This document shows, one piece after another, positions 1-11,945 of a stretch of DNA of 64,000 bases. Position numbers and translations under genes: made by a program. The notes below the pieces were generated by a model, which was given only the letters and a program-made list of their open reading frames with translations, was not told the origin of the DNA and searched no databases. Source of the DNA: Malacoraja senta (taxonomy: Eukaryota); the NCBI GenBank assembly GCA_038087875.1, contig CM075988.1:4464001-4528000 (forward strand), written 5' to 3'. The stretch's first letter is position 1. Each line of letters opens with the position of its first letter.

Positions 1-249
1 TTTGTTCCCTTCCCTCACAGTGGGAACCATTGTGGGGGGATGTTTTTATGTTTTATGTTCTTCTTTAATGTAGTGTCTCAAAGATGGCTGCCAGAAGTGA
101 GAATGAACGCTGGCGCCATTAGCTGCCGCTGCGCTCTCTCCGAATTATGTATTGTTGCTTTTGTTTCAATTTATTTATATGTTTGTAATTTGCTTGTTTT
201 GACTGTTAGGTATCCTTGAGTGTCCTGAAAGGCGCCCATAAATAAAATG

Positions 250-283
<34 letters not shown>
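1..283 (+). mobile_element. 3' end of a retroposon with L2-like tail and (ATT)n; same family as the insert at 7123-8083
   Basis: ccttgagtgtcctgaaaggcgcccataaataaaatg+(att)n matches the reverse complement of 7123-7200; the aagatggctgcc motif is also shared. Confidence 0.7.
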
Positions 284-285
<2 letters not shown>

Positions 286-582
286 TTTATGTGTCATTTT
301 TAATTGTTACTGTATGTCGTGTTGTTACTTGCGAGCAGAGCACCAAGGCAAATTCCTTGTATGTGTACATACTTGGCCAATAAACATTCATTCATTCATG
401 ACTTTAAACCTCTTCCTCACTCTATGCCATCTCACCTTGAGCTCACACTGAGACAGCACATCAAAATCTTACACTGTCATCTTTCTGACTTCAACACATT
501 GAACATGGTCATTGGGCCTTTCACAGTACTGTACCCAAAGATGCACAGTAATTTGCTACAGGAGGGTTATGCCACTTATACT

Positions 583-922
583 AGTTTAGGTTAGAGTTTA
601 GTTTATAGGTACAATGCAGAAAAAGGCCCTCCACAGCACCGAGTACATGCATGATCCCCATACACTAGCATTACACCAACTATGATCCCACACACTAGCA
701 CTACCCTGCACACCAGGGACAATTTACAATTGTTACCCAAGCCAATTAACCTACAAACTTGTACGTTTTTAGAGTGTGAGAGCAAACCGAACACCTGGGG
801 AAAACCAATGCAATCGCATGGAGAACATACAAACACCATACAGACCGCACCCATAGTCAGGATCGAACCAGGGTCTCTGGCGCTGTAAGGCAGCAACTGT
901 ACCACTGCGCCACTGTGCTGCC
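583..922 (-). mobile_element. HE1/V-type tRNA-derived SINE
   Basis: Reverse strand has a tRNA-like head (ggcacagtggcgcagtggta...ggttcgatcc), a conserved core and an HER1-like tail. Confidence 0.9.
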
Positions 923-1327
923 ACTTATGCTAATGGGGCTTTAGGTGACCTGCATGAAAAAATTAATAGTCCATGAAAATTATTGGGCCATCAACAGAAA
1001 AGCTCTTCAATCAGTATTTTCCCGGTTTGCTTGCAGAAATAGTAAAAGTTAAACACTCAGAACATCTTCCCTGTGGTGTCGCAGACAAGTTCATGTTTCC
1101 AGATACTCAGCATGGAACAGAGGTAAGTTGTGCTTGCGGCCACGATTTCTGGTAACTTTGACCAAGTTATGAAGTCAGGAGAGGAAGGATTACTTTTTTT
1201 TCTCAGGAGTGGTCCCTTCACCTGGAGTGTGGGAATCTGCAGAGCTCAGTTCGACCCAAAAGGCATAGTTACTGAATATATTCCAGATAAGAGACATTGC
1301 CAGAATAAGGCCACATGCAAACTAGAG

Positions 1328-2614
1328 CAGTGGTTCTTAACCTGGGGGTCATGACACCCTAAGAGGGTCGTTTGGAGCTTTGCCAGGGGGTCATGAAGGG
1401 GACACAAATAACATATCAATTTGTTTAAGAAGGAACTGCAGATGCTGGAAAATCGAAGGTAGACAACTCCTTCTGGTAGATACTTCTTCTCACCCTCCCA
1501 TGGCTATCTGGACTACACTTCTTCCCACCCTGCTTCCTGTAAGGACTCCATCCCCTACTCCCAATTCCTCCGTCTACGCCGCATCTGCACCCAGGATGAG
1601 GTGTTCCACACCAGGGCATTCGAGATGTCCTCATTCTTCAGGGAACGGGGGTTCCCCTCTTCTACTATAGATGAGGCTCTCACCAGGGTCTCTTCTATAC
1701 AAGTTGACTCTGCTCTCACTCCCCATCCCCCCACCCACAACAAGGGCCGAGTCCCCCTTGTCCTCACCTTCCACCCTATCAGCCGTCACATACAACAAAT
1801 AATCCTCCGACATTTTCGCTACTCCAACGTGATCCCACCACTTGCCACATCTTCCCATCTCCTCCCCTGTCTGCTTTCCGCAGAGACCGCTCCCTCCGGA
1901 ACTCCCTGGTCAATTCGTCCCTTCCCACCCAAACCACCCCCTCTCCGGCCACTTTCCCTTGCAACCGCAAGAAATGCTACACTTGTCGCTTCACCTCTCC
2001 CCTTGACTCCATTCAAGGATCCAAGAAGTCTTTCCAGGTGTGGCAGAGGTTCACTTGCATATCCTCCAACCTCATCTATTGCATCCGCTGCTCTAGATGT
2101 CAGCTGCTCTACATCGGCTTCGCCCAACACCTCCGCTCGGTTCGCAATAACCAACATGATCTCCTGGTGGCTCAGCACTTCAACTCCCCCTTCCATTCTG
2201 AATCTGACCTTTCTGTCGCCAGAGTGAGGCCCACCGTAAATTGGAGGAACAGCACCTCATATTTCGCTTGGGCAGTTTGCACCCCAGCGGTATGAACATT
2301 GACTTCTCTAATTTCAGGTATTCCTTACTTTCTTCTCCCCTTCTCAGCTCTCCCTCAGCCCACTGGCCACCTCTTCCTTTCTTCTACCCCCCCCCCCCAC
2401 TCTCACATCAGTCTGAAGAAGGGTTTTGACCCGAGGTTACCTATTTCCTTTGCTCCATAGATGCTGCCTCACCCGCTGAGTTTCTCCAGCATTTTTGTCC
2501 ACCTAACATATCAATTTGTTGAGCCCATGTTTAGGAACCTAACAAAGGTACACACCACAAACAATATTTTGATCACGTATGCGCGTACTGGTGCCAAAAA
2601 GGTTAAGAACCACA
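1328..2614. mobile_element. hAT (Charlie/MER5-like) MITE interrupted by a Penelope element
   Basis: TIRs cagtggttcttaacct (1328) and aggttaagaaccac (2600-2613); 8-bp TSD aactagag at 1320-1327 and 2615-2622. Confidence 0.85.
1426..2503 (+). mobile_element. 5'-truncated Penelope-like element (RT C-terminus, GIY-YIG endonuclease, tail)
   Basis: Frameshifted GIY-YIG SSNLIYCIRCSRCQLLYIG..FAQHL; inverted tail piece at 1426-1466; 17-bp TSD taacatatcaatttgtt at 1409-1425 and 2504-2520. Confidence 0.92.
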
Positions 2615-2622
2615 AACTAGAG

Positions 2623-3110
2623 AAACAGCATCTCGTGTTCCACTTGGCTAGTTTACAACCCAGTGGTATGAACAGTGAATCACCAATTTTGGTACCACCA
2701 TCTCTTTGCCAACACCCCCCCACCCCCCCACACTCTTCTCTATGCCCCACCTGGGTGCATACCAGTACCCTCACCATCCTGCCTCCTTCACCTCTACCCA
2801 CTGACCCCTTCCACCTGTAACCCTTCTGACTTCACATTTCATTCCACTTCTCTCTCTATCTTACGCCCTCTTGTCCACTGTTCATCTCTACCCTTTGGCC
2901 GCCAACCAAAGCCACCTGTATCCACATATCGCTTGCCAGGATTGTTCCACACCCAGCTCTTCTCCAGATTTCTCCCCGCTACTACAACCAAGAGGGTCTT
3001 AATCCAAAATGTCACCTATCCATGTCCTCCAGAGATGCTGCCTGAACAGCTGAATTTCTCCAGCACAAAGTTTTTTTGTAAACCAGCATCTGCAGTTCCT
3101 TGTGTCCCCA
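2623..3110 (+). mobile_element. Older Penelope-like 3' fragment
   Basis: KQHLVFHLASLQPSGMNSE C-terminal motif, pyrimidine-rich UTR and the common tail. Confidence 0.75.
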
Positions 3111-3402
3111 GAAAGAGACTCCCAGATATTGGAAAATGAATGAAATCAAAAGATATGGAGTTAGTCCAGGGAAACAGTGCTTGAAGCAATGGCAAAACAG
3201 GCATGATGGGCCAAATGGCTTCTTACCTTTGCTCTCTAGATTTGCATAGGAGGGGGGGTAGGTAGAAATCCAGTAAAAGATTTTATATTGAGAGAGAGTG
3301 ATCGCTGTCATCTCTGGGATTTAGTGGCTTCTGCATATCCTGGTTGCAACTCTGTCACAGATACAGAGAATGTTAAATAAAAGTGAAAATCCATCTGTTA
3401 AT

Positions 3403-3676
3403 TTAGTTTAGTTTAGAGAACAGCACAGAAACAAGCCCTTCAGCCCACCGAGTCCGCACCGACCAGCGATCCCCGCGCTCTCCTGCGCACACTAGGGACA
3501 ATTTACATTTAGACCAAGCCAGTTAACCTACAATCCTGTATGTCTTTGGAATGTGGGAGGAAACCGGAGACCTCGGGGAAACCCCACGCAGTCACGGGGA
3601 GAACGTCCACACTCCGTACAGACAGCACCCGTGTCTCTGGTGCTGTACGTGCTGTAAGGCACCACCGTGCCGCCCC
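3403..3676 (-). mobile_element. HE1/V-type SINE
   Basis: Same sequence family as 583-922, with (ttag)n tail on +. Confidence 0.88.
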
Positions 3677-4094
3677 TTGCATGACATGTTGTTACATGAC
3701 TGGTACACCTGTCATTGCCAAAGTCTATACGTATACAACACTCGCTGAATAACATCAAGAAAGCTTGAAGTTGATGAAAATGAACTAAATAAGAGTAAAA
3801 AAAGAAATCTTTCTTGGATTCTTAATATAGAGCAATGTCTGTTATATGGTTCATCGAATTTGCATAATACTCTGAGAAATCTCGTCAAATCAAGTTGAGT
3901 TCATTGTCATCTACACAAGTACAAGGAGTTTTAGATTTAGTTACAGATTTATTTAGTTTTAGAGATGCAGCATGGAAACAGGCCCTTCGGCCCACTAAGA
4001 CAACGCTGACCAGCAATCACCCCATACAACAGTTCCATACTACACCCTGGCCCGGTAAGGCAGCAATTCTACCACTGTGCCACCAGCTTCTGTC

Positions 4095-4655
4095 AATTGC
4101 ATCGGGACCCCACCACCAGCCATACTGACCTCTCCCCACCCTTTTCCCCTTCCCGTGGGGACTCCCTCCGCGACCTGCTAGTCCACTCATTCCTCCTCAC
4201 TTCCAACTCCCTGTCCACTTCGACCACAGGAGGTGCAACACCTGTCCCTGCATCTCCTCCTTCACCACCATCCAGGAAGCTTTCTGGTGAGGCAGAGCTT
4301 TCATGAGCGTGCTTCAATCTCATCTACTGCATTCAGTGGTTGCAATGTAGTCTCTTCAACATGGGTGTAGCAGCAATTCAATTCAATTATACTTTATGGT
4401 CATGGAGAGAGGATCAGAGAGCAGGAGGGATCAGAGAGGGAGCAGCGAGAGAGGAACCATTGTTCAAGGCGTTGATTCTTATACATCAGCGAGACAAAAC
4501 ATATACTGGGCGATCGTTTCCATGAACACCTTCGCTCAGTCCGTCTGGTGATCCCCACACACTAACCTGAAGGGTTTTGACCCGAAACGTCGCCTATTTC
4601 CTTCGCTCCATAGATGCTGCCTCACCTGCTGAGTTTCTCCAGCATTTTTGTCTAC
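4095..4655 (+). mobile_element. Degenerate Penelope-like fragments and tail
   Basis: HRDPTTSH..DSLRDLLVHS, aatctcatctactgcattcag and atactgggcgatcgtttc..gaacacctt resemble 1426-2503. Confidence 0.65.
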
Positions 4656-4923
4656 CCACACACTAACCGGTGATCCCCACACACTAACACTGTCCTACCC
4701 ACACTAGGGACAATTTTACTTTGGAGTCACGTAAGTGACTACGTGAAGAAGACCCGTCAGGGCTCCTGCGCGTCATTATGTCAGACGCATTGGCGTGAAC
4801 GGACGTGAGGAGCAGCGCTCCTCTAGTGGAAATGTAGTTGTCAACTACAAGGTAAGTAAAAACGTTTTAAATAGTTTCCGGGTCCATTTGCTGTGGGTCT
4901 GTGGGGATTTTTCCACAGGTACC

Positions 4924-6056
4924 ATGGAAAAAACAGACAAGGGGAAGAGGCGAGCGGCAAAGCCGGTGGAAAGTCGCAAGATTGCGGTCGGCGAACAGCT
5001 GCCTCAGACCCCTGTACAGTCGCCGGCTGGGAGCGTAGCGACTGTGGACTTGGGGTTGAAAAGAACTCAGTCAGCGCCAGTGGGGCGCAAGGCTAAAGTC
5101 AAGTCCATGAGGCCCACGGAGGAGGAGTCCGATCAGGAGGATGCGACTCCAGGGCTGGATACCGCTTTTGAGCGGATTTCTCAGATGAAAAGCCTGTTAC
5201 ACAGGTTACTGGAGAAAAGCACACTCAGGGAGGAGTGTAGCCAAAGCCAGGCTCTAGAAGCCAGGTCAGCAGCACCTAGCAAAGGGCTGTTTAAGAGCAC
5301 CCTCATTGGTGAGGCGCGTGCACAGGGTCAGCAGAGTTTCCGATACAAGCGAAGATGGCAGCTGCCAGATGTTCTATTCCTGGTAGTACGACTCGCTGCT
5401 CTGTGAGAGTTCTGACCCTGAATCTGACGGTGAGGCCGATACAAGCGAAGACGGCAGCTGCCAGATGTTTTACTCCTGGCAGTACGATTCGCTGCCCCGT
5501 CAGTCAGGAGAGCCACTGGGAGAGGAAGTGGCCTCTGCGATCAACTATTGTGTCTTCCATCAGCTCTAGTAGCTTACGATGGATGAAAATGCCAAAAAAG
5601 CATGAGACCCCAAGGAACTGCGTATTGCTGAAAGTACTAGCAATGAACCAAGATATAGGGGGTCAGATGGGCAAGGGCATGTGAGCCTAAGAAAAGTAAA
5701 CTGCAGAGAATATTGAAGCTGCTGGGTTGATGAATAACTGCAATTTTGCAAAAAACAATGGATGGAGGCCAGGGATGGAGATGCATCAAGAGGCACTAGG
5801 GTTGCTATGTAGCGCCCACTTCAAGATGAATTGTTTCAGGAAGTATGCCATTCGGTCCAGCATCAACCCCAAGTTGCAGCAACTCTGTAAAGCCCAGCAA
5901 TGTGCAGTCATTCAACTTACTCTTCAGAGAAAAAACCTCACGAAACGTGGGAAAGAGTTGGATGATGAGGCAAAAACAGCAAGGATGATCAAAACATCAA
6001 TGGCCGGCAAGTCTGCAAAGAGGAGGTGTCCTTTCAGACATCATACAAAATCCTAG
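4924..6056 (+). pseudogene. DIRS gag-like ORF1 remnant
   Basis: Position upstream of RT; basic/charged broken ORFs (MEKTDKGKRR..., IRSSINPKLQQLCK...); internal ~60-bp direct repeat at 5341 and 5436. Confidence 0.55.
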
Positions 6057-6299
6057 GCCTACACCAGGAACAAATCGACCATTGAAGCAGGGGCGCAGTT
6101 GGTGTCCTGCAGCGGGAAAATGAAAAAGCGTGGGGTTTTCTTGCCAGGAGCCAGGGACCACAGGTCACTCAGGTGACAAAGGAGGTAGGTGGACCTGGTT
6201 CTCATGGGAACATATTAAGGCAAAAACAGCCAAATATTGGAAGCAAATTACTTCAGATTTATTATTCTGAGTATTATTCAAAGGTTTCAAATTGATTCG

Positions 6300-7120
6300 A
6301 TCCAAATAGTGATTTGCCATCCAGCATGTTCCAAGCAGAACACTCCAATTTCACAAAAAGGAGTGATGGAGGTTCAAGCTGAATTGAAAACGTGTCTATA
6401 AACAAGTAATTGAAAGGTCGGTTTATCAAAACCACCAAATTGTGTTTAAAATTTCTCGACCTAAAAAGGTGAGGAGTATTTTAGATCTGACAAGTCTTTA
6501 ATATTTTGTGAAGTATAGACACTTCAAAATGGAGACTTTGAGACTGCCACACAACTTATTTCAAAAGATGTTATACGGCACTTATAGATCTGAAAGATGT
6601 ATATTACTCAGTGTCTGTTCATTTGTAAGATAAAAATATTTGAAATTTATCTGAATGAACAATTATGGCAATTCAAAGTTCTGTCTAATGGGTTAACTTC
6701 AGTTCCTAGAATTTCACTAAATTGGTCAAACCAATTTTGGGGCTAATTAGAGTCCAAGGACAGATGTTGATGGCTTAAATGGATGATGTCCTAATTAGGA
6801 CGAACAAGAGAATTAGTGAGTTATCTCTCTCAATTGTTCAATCCACTTTTGAAAGTTGGGTTTAATTCATCCAGTGAGAAATTAAGGTTAATGCCACTTA
6901 CAACAATTGATTATTTTAATTTCACAATTGATTCAATTGACAGGGTAGTAATTTACCCAGGGTAAGGGTAGAGCTGATTGATGGTTGCATTAAGCTGTTG
7001 AAAAAGCAACAATCGTCAATTAAGACAGGTGGCCTGCTTGCTAGGGAAATTAGTGTTATTTCCAGCAATACAGTATGGGCCATAGTACTACCAGCAGCTG
7101 CAGACTGCAAAAAGAAAGAC
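6300..7120 (+). pseudogene. DIRS reverse transcriptase remnant
   Basis: LDLTSL*YFVKYRHFKMETL (6481), IDLKDVYYSVSVH, WQFKVLSNGLTSVPR; catalytic motif reads A*MDDVLI with TAA at 6776-6778. Confidence 0.9.
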
Positions 7121-7122
7121 AC

Positions 7123-8083
7123 TAATAATAATAATAATAATAATAATAATACATTTTATTTATGGGCGCCTTTCAAGAGTCTCAAGGACACCTTACAGTA
7201 TTTAACAAGTAAAAAAACATATAATCGGAGTAAAATAAATAGTAAAGACATCACCAATACATAAATTAAAGACAGAATTTGATCCAAAAACAAAAAAATC
7301 AGAAACACAATGTGAAGAGAGAGCAGCGGCAGCTAAACCGCGCCAGCGTACACTCTCCCTTCCGGCAGCCATCTTGGACACAGACTTCCCCCCACTGGAT
7401 GGTTACCACTGTGGGGGAAGGCACGATGTCCAGTCCCCATCCCCAGTTCTCCCAAAGTCAGGCTTATTGAGGCCTCCACTATTGCCTCTATGGAGGCCCG
7501 ATGTTCCTGGCCGTTCTTGCCGGATGCTGTTGCCCCGGCGACGGGAGAGTCCTCTCAGCGGCTGGGCCACCTGGAACGGCCGCTTCCTTACCGGAGTCCA
7601 CGGCTTCCGAAGCCGACAAGGCCGCGCCGGTTTGGAGCTCCCAGGCTCCCGATGTTGAAGTCGGCGCCGCCCGCTCCGCTCCGCAGACCCGCAGGTGTTG
7701 ACCTCGGCTGTCACAGCTCACCGGAGCTCCAGCGCGTCGATCCAGCGCGGCGACGCAGGCAAGGCATCGCCCGCTCCACTCCGCGATAGCGCTCCAGCGC
7801 TATGCCGCCACCGAAGCCGAGGTGCTGGGCGGTCCCCGCCAGGAAACGGCACTCCACGCCCGCTGGTAGGCCACGAGGACGGGTCGATGGGGCAGCCCGC
7901 AGAAAAAGCTGCCTCACCGACCAGGTAGGGACCTAGAAATATAGTTACCCCCTTCTCCCCCTACATTAAAAAGTCTATTTCTCCCACAAACAGAACACAG
8001 GACTCACTAGAACTACAACCAAAAGTGAATTGAATGGACGGCTGCTGATTAGCAGCCGTTCCCCAAGATGGCTCCTCCTCCTC
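7123..8083 (-). mobile_element. ~960-bp GC-rich non-coding retroposon nested in DIRS pol
   Basis: (AAT)n on + at 7123-7150, L2-like tail matching 200-283, CpG-rich body; DIRS sequence resumes at ~8084 (..DLQWW). Confidence 0.8.
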
Positions 8084-8790
8084 AGATGCATGGTGGCCAT
8101 TTTTGATAAGCCATGCAGTTAAACAACAAATGCTGCTTCTGATTTGCAGTGGTGGATTTATCATGTCTCCAGTAGTTCAAGCAAGATACTGATTGAACAG
8201 CATTCCATGGTCTTACAGACTGATGTCAGTGCACTAGGATTGGTGCCACTGAAAAGGTATCCATCTGTGGACAGATGGTATATGGAAGAAGCATTATTTT
8301 TGCAGACATGGAGAATCGACATTTTACAGCTATTGGAAGGCTTATGAGCTCCAAGCTTGTTGTTAATACAACTAATCTGCATGTCCGGCTTCAAATTAAC
8401 AACACTACAGTAATGGCATGTATTAATTGTATGGGTGGAATTAATTTGGTGTCATATGACAAATTGGTTAATCAAATCTGGACTTGGTGTGTTGACAAAT
8501 ATTTGGTTTCAGCTATTTATCTACTAGGTAGATTCAATATAGTAGCAGACACCAGGTTATGGGAATTTCCATGATAACAAAGAATGGATGTTGAACCTTA
8601 AGATTTTAATGATATAATAGTCAGATTTGGGAAGCCAGATACGACTTGTTTCCATCCAGACTCAATCACCAGTTACAGAGATATGTGTTATGGGAACTAC
8701 ATCGAGAGACAGTAGCAATTGATGTTTCTCGCTACATTAGGGTGGTATGTTTTATATGCATTTTCCATCATTTTGTCTCATAAACCGGTG
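8084..8790 (+). pseudogene. DIRS RNase H and start of the methyltransferase-like domain, decayed
   Basis: LQTDVSALG, LQINNTTVMACINCMGG, IYLLGRFNIVADT, EWMLN, DLFPSRLNHQL, FP.FCLI motifs. Confidence 0.85.
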
Positions 8791-9045
8791 TCACAAGAGA
8801 GTTTCAATACAGACTATTTCCAGATGGATAAAAGAAGTCTTAACAGCTGCTGGTGTTAACATTGATGTTTTTACATTTCACTCAACTAGGGCAGCAGCAA
8901 CGTCGGCGGCCAGGGCAAAAGACGTCCCCGTCGACCATATCCTCGCAGCCGCCGGGTGATCCAATGAGTTGATGTTTCAACATTTTTACCATCGGCCTAT
9001 TGTTAATGCGGGATTGTTTGCAGAAACTATTTTAAGTTCTGTGTA
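8791..9045 (+). pseudogene. DIRS tyrosine recombinase C-terminal fragment
   Basis: HKRVSIQTISRWIK..FTFHSTRAAATSAA..ILAAAG*S..FQHFY: H-x-x-R and catalytic Y present, conserved W replaced by TGA. Confidence 0.9.
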
Positions 9046-9214
9046 AATTCCTCTGGTTTAAAGGGGATCTGATTAATTTCATTATTGAAATGAATTACTG
9101 CATTTGTGGTACAAATGTTATTATGAATGCATGATTGATTATTCTCGTTCCGAGTCAATCAATGCAGTGAGAAGCCGGGATTGATCTACGGCATGAAATC
9201 ACAAAGCTTTAAAA

Positions 9215-9328
9215 TCTTCACGTAGTCACTCACGTGACTCCGAAATAAAATAGTAAGATTAAACGAGAACTTACCTAAGTTTGAAGTTTGATCTTTATTT
9301 TATGAGGAGTTATGTAGGTGATTACGTG
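9215..9328. repeat. DIRS internal complementary region (ICR)
   Basis: 9215-9244 is the reverse complement of 4720-4749 (2 mismatches in 30); 9249-9328 is the reverse complement of 9481-9560 (2 mismatches in 80). Confidence 0.95.
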
Positions 9329-10116
9329 CCCACCACGACCCTAATCTTTATCATAAAGGTCAGATGGAAGTTCTTGTATTACTCGTTTTATTATGAGACT
9401 ATATTACTTCGGTTGTTGTTTTTTGTGATTTCACACCGCTGCTTTGAAGATTGACGCGCAGGCGCACAGGCGGGGTTCTTCACGTAATCACCTACGTAAC
9501 TCCTCATAAAATAAAGATCAAACTTCAAACTTAGGTAAGTTCTCGTTTAATTTTACTATTATCCCTCCCTTCTGTCCTCGCCCCCAAGTGCTCCTGTCAA
9601 AGTGGTGGGTGCATGGAGCGCATGAACTGCTAGTCAAAATAGTACTCTGATGCAGGGAACAGCCAGAATCTTTCATGCTTCATTGAGGATCAGAGCTTTG
9701 CTGAAATTGGTTGGCATCAAACCCGCAGAGCTGTTTTCACAGACTGAAGCTCAAAGAGGGAAGTCAATATTTCTGGTATGGATTTGATGATATTATAATT
9801 CCCATCCTTGGGATACATAAACCTTCACACATTGCATGCAGATAAGATGTGAGTGTAACAATCTTTATTCAGCTGCCAAACTTCTGGCATTGCAGATTTT
9901 TCTGTGGTTAGCTATGTTTGCCAGGTAATTGGAAGATCAAAAGGAGACACTTTGAAGAATGTTTCCTTACCAGATTAATTGGCTCGGGGGTAGAGTCGAC
10001 AACAGAAAGATCATTTCGGATGTCTGGCGGATTAATGTGTTGTGTTGGACATCTTACAGACCAAACTAATTCACCATAGACTCATCAACTGGAACATTAC
10101 ATTACAGATGTATAAG

Positions 10117-10620
10117 AAATAGGTGAGGCTACATTTGAAGTATTGTGTTCAGTTTTTGGCCATCCTGCTATAGGAAGGTTGCCAATAAAGCTGGAATGGG
10201 TGCAGAGATTTACAAAGATTTGCCAGGGCTTGAGGCCCTGAGCTATACGGAGATGTTGAGAGACTTTATTCCTTGAAGTGCAGGAGGCTGACGGGCGATC
10301 GTATAGAGGTGTATAAAATCATGAGTGGACCAGATTAGGTAGATGCACAGAGTCTCTTGCCCAGAAAAGGTGAATCGAGGACCAGAGGACATAGGTTTAA
10401 GGTGAAGGGGAAAAGACTTAATGGGAATCTGAGGGGTAACTTTTTCACACAAAGGGTGGTGGGTGTATGGAACAAGCTGCCAGCAGATGTAGTTGAGGCA
10501 GGGACTATCCCAACATTTAAGAAACAGTTAGACAGGAACATGGATAGAACAGGTTTGGAGGGATATGGACCTAATGTAAGCAGGTGGGACTAGTGCAGCT
10601 GGGACGTGTTGGCCGGTGTG
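10117..10620 (+). mobile_element. CR1 (HER1-like) LINE 3' fragment
   Basis: ESRTRGHRFKVKG..NFFTQRVVGVWNKLP C-terminal motif. Confidence 0.9.
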
Positions 10621-11399
10621 GAGAAGTGTAGGTGGATGAGAAAGTGGGATAACATAGAACTAGTGTGAATGGGTAATCGATGGTCAGCGTGGATTCAGTG
10701 GGCTGAGGGCCCTGTTGGCTGAAGTACCTCAATGGGTCAGGGAGCATCTCTGGAGAAAAAGGATAGGTGACGTTTTGGGTCGGGACTGTTGTTCAGTCTG
10801 AAGTAAGGACCCATCTTACAGTCACCCATCCTTTTTTTCCAGAGATGCTGCATGACTCGTTGAGTTGCTCCAGCACTTTGTGTCATAAGGTCATATGGAA
10901 TCGGAATAGAATTAGGCCATATGGCCCATCAAGTCTACTCCACCTTTCAATGATGGCTGATCTATCTCTCCCTCCTAACCCCAATCTATTTTAATTCACC
11001 AAAAATGTTTTCTCCAATTCACCAATAACCTGCCAACCAATGCCGATTATAGGTTTCTCCAGAACCACTCAAGTACAGTTTTCCAGGGGTCAATTCCAGA
11101 GGGGAAGTGGGAGTGACTTCTCTTGACATCTAGGTAATGTTTGACTGAGTATTGCATCAAATGATCCCGGTAAAAGAACGATTTTACCTTTGGTCTGAAG
11201 ATGGGTCTCGACCTGAAACATCACCCATTCCTTCTCGCCAGAGATGCTCCCAGACCCGTTGAGGTGCTCCAACATTTTGTCTCTATCTTTGGAATAAAAC
11301 AACATCTGCAGTTCTTTGTTTCTACATACTGGAGAATTAATGCAACAACTGTGTCAGCAACACCATCCATCACCTCACTGACGATTGAGAGTCAGCTGA

Positions 11400-11945
11400 T
11401 TCGGGCGTTCGCTCGCTCGTGTGTCAGACGACATTCTGCCATCGCTTTACCACACCCAGTGCCACATTTGTGCCTCTGCAGAGATCGTCCGCAGTGCGTG
11501 CCTCTCCACTGTAAGTCAGTAGGTGGGCCATTGTCTGCACCTCTCCACAGTTGCACTTGTCAGAGTTCGAGAGGCCCCACTTCTTCAGGTTGAGTCTGCA
11601 ACGTTCCACTCCAGTGTGGAGGTGGTTTAGGGCTTTCCAGGTAGTATAAGGTAGGTGGTGTCCTGGTGCCATCTGTTGTATGGTTTTGGTGCCTGGCACA
11701 GTTGGCTCTAGTTCCATGAAGCTGTTCCGACTCTTCAGGCGTTTCTTGGCATGTTGGTGATTGTGCAAGGGGTGGCAGGGGTCTGTGTCCGCATTGAAGC
11801 GTTCTTCAATGGGTGGTGCTTCGGGGGTGATTAGCCAGATTGGACCTGTCTTCCTTTTTCTGAATAGGAGATACATAGTCAATTGTCCACAGGTAGATGT
11901 CAGGTAAACGTCAGTAGTTCCAGAACAGGTTGGCTTGTGAAGCAT
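11400..11945 (-). mobile_element. Vingi/Ingi-clade LINE 3' fragment
   Basis: HPLH..RLKSRNSF..W..LN.LHTG..RC..NL.KWG...C.CGEVQTMAHLL C-terminus; very short 3' tail tgacacacgagcgagcgaac. Confidence 0.8.

Larger units (their letters stand above)
4720..9560 (+). mobile_element. DIRS1-type tyrosine-recombinase retrotransposon with intact termini and decayed coding regions
   Basis: Imperfect inverted terminal repeats (4720-4775 vs 9451-9505); internal complementary region 9215-9328; RT, RNase H, methyltransferase-like and YR motifs in the expected order. Confidence 0.95.

Noticed and set aside
9655..10060. Candidate exons near 9656-9775 (+) and 9971-10052 (-)
   Set aside because: Weak acceptors and unrecognisable peptides
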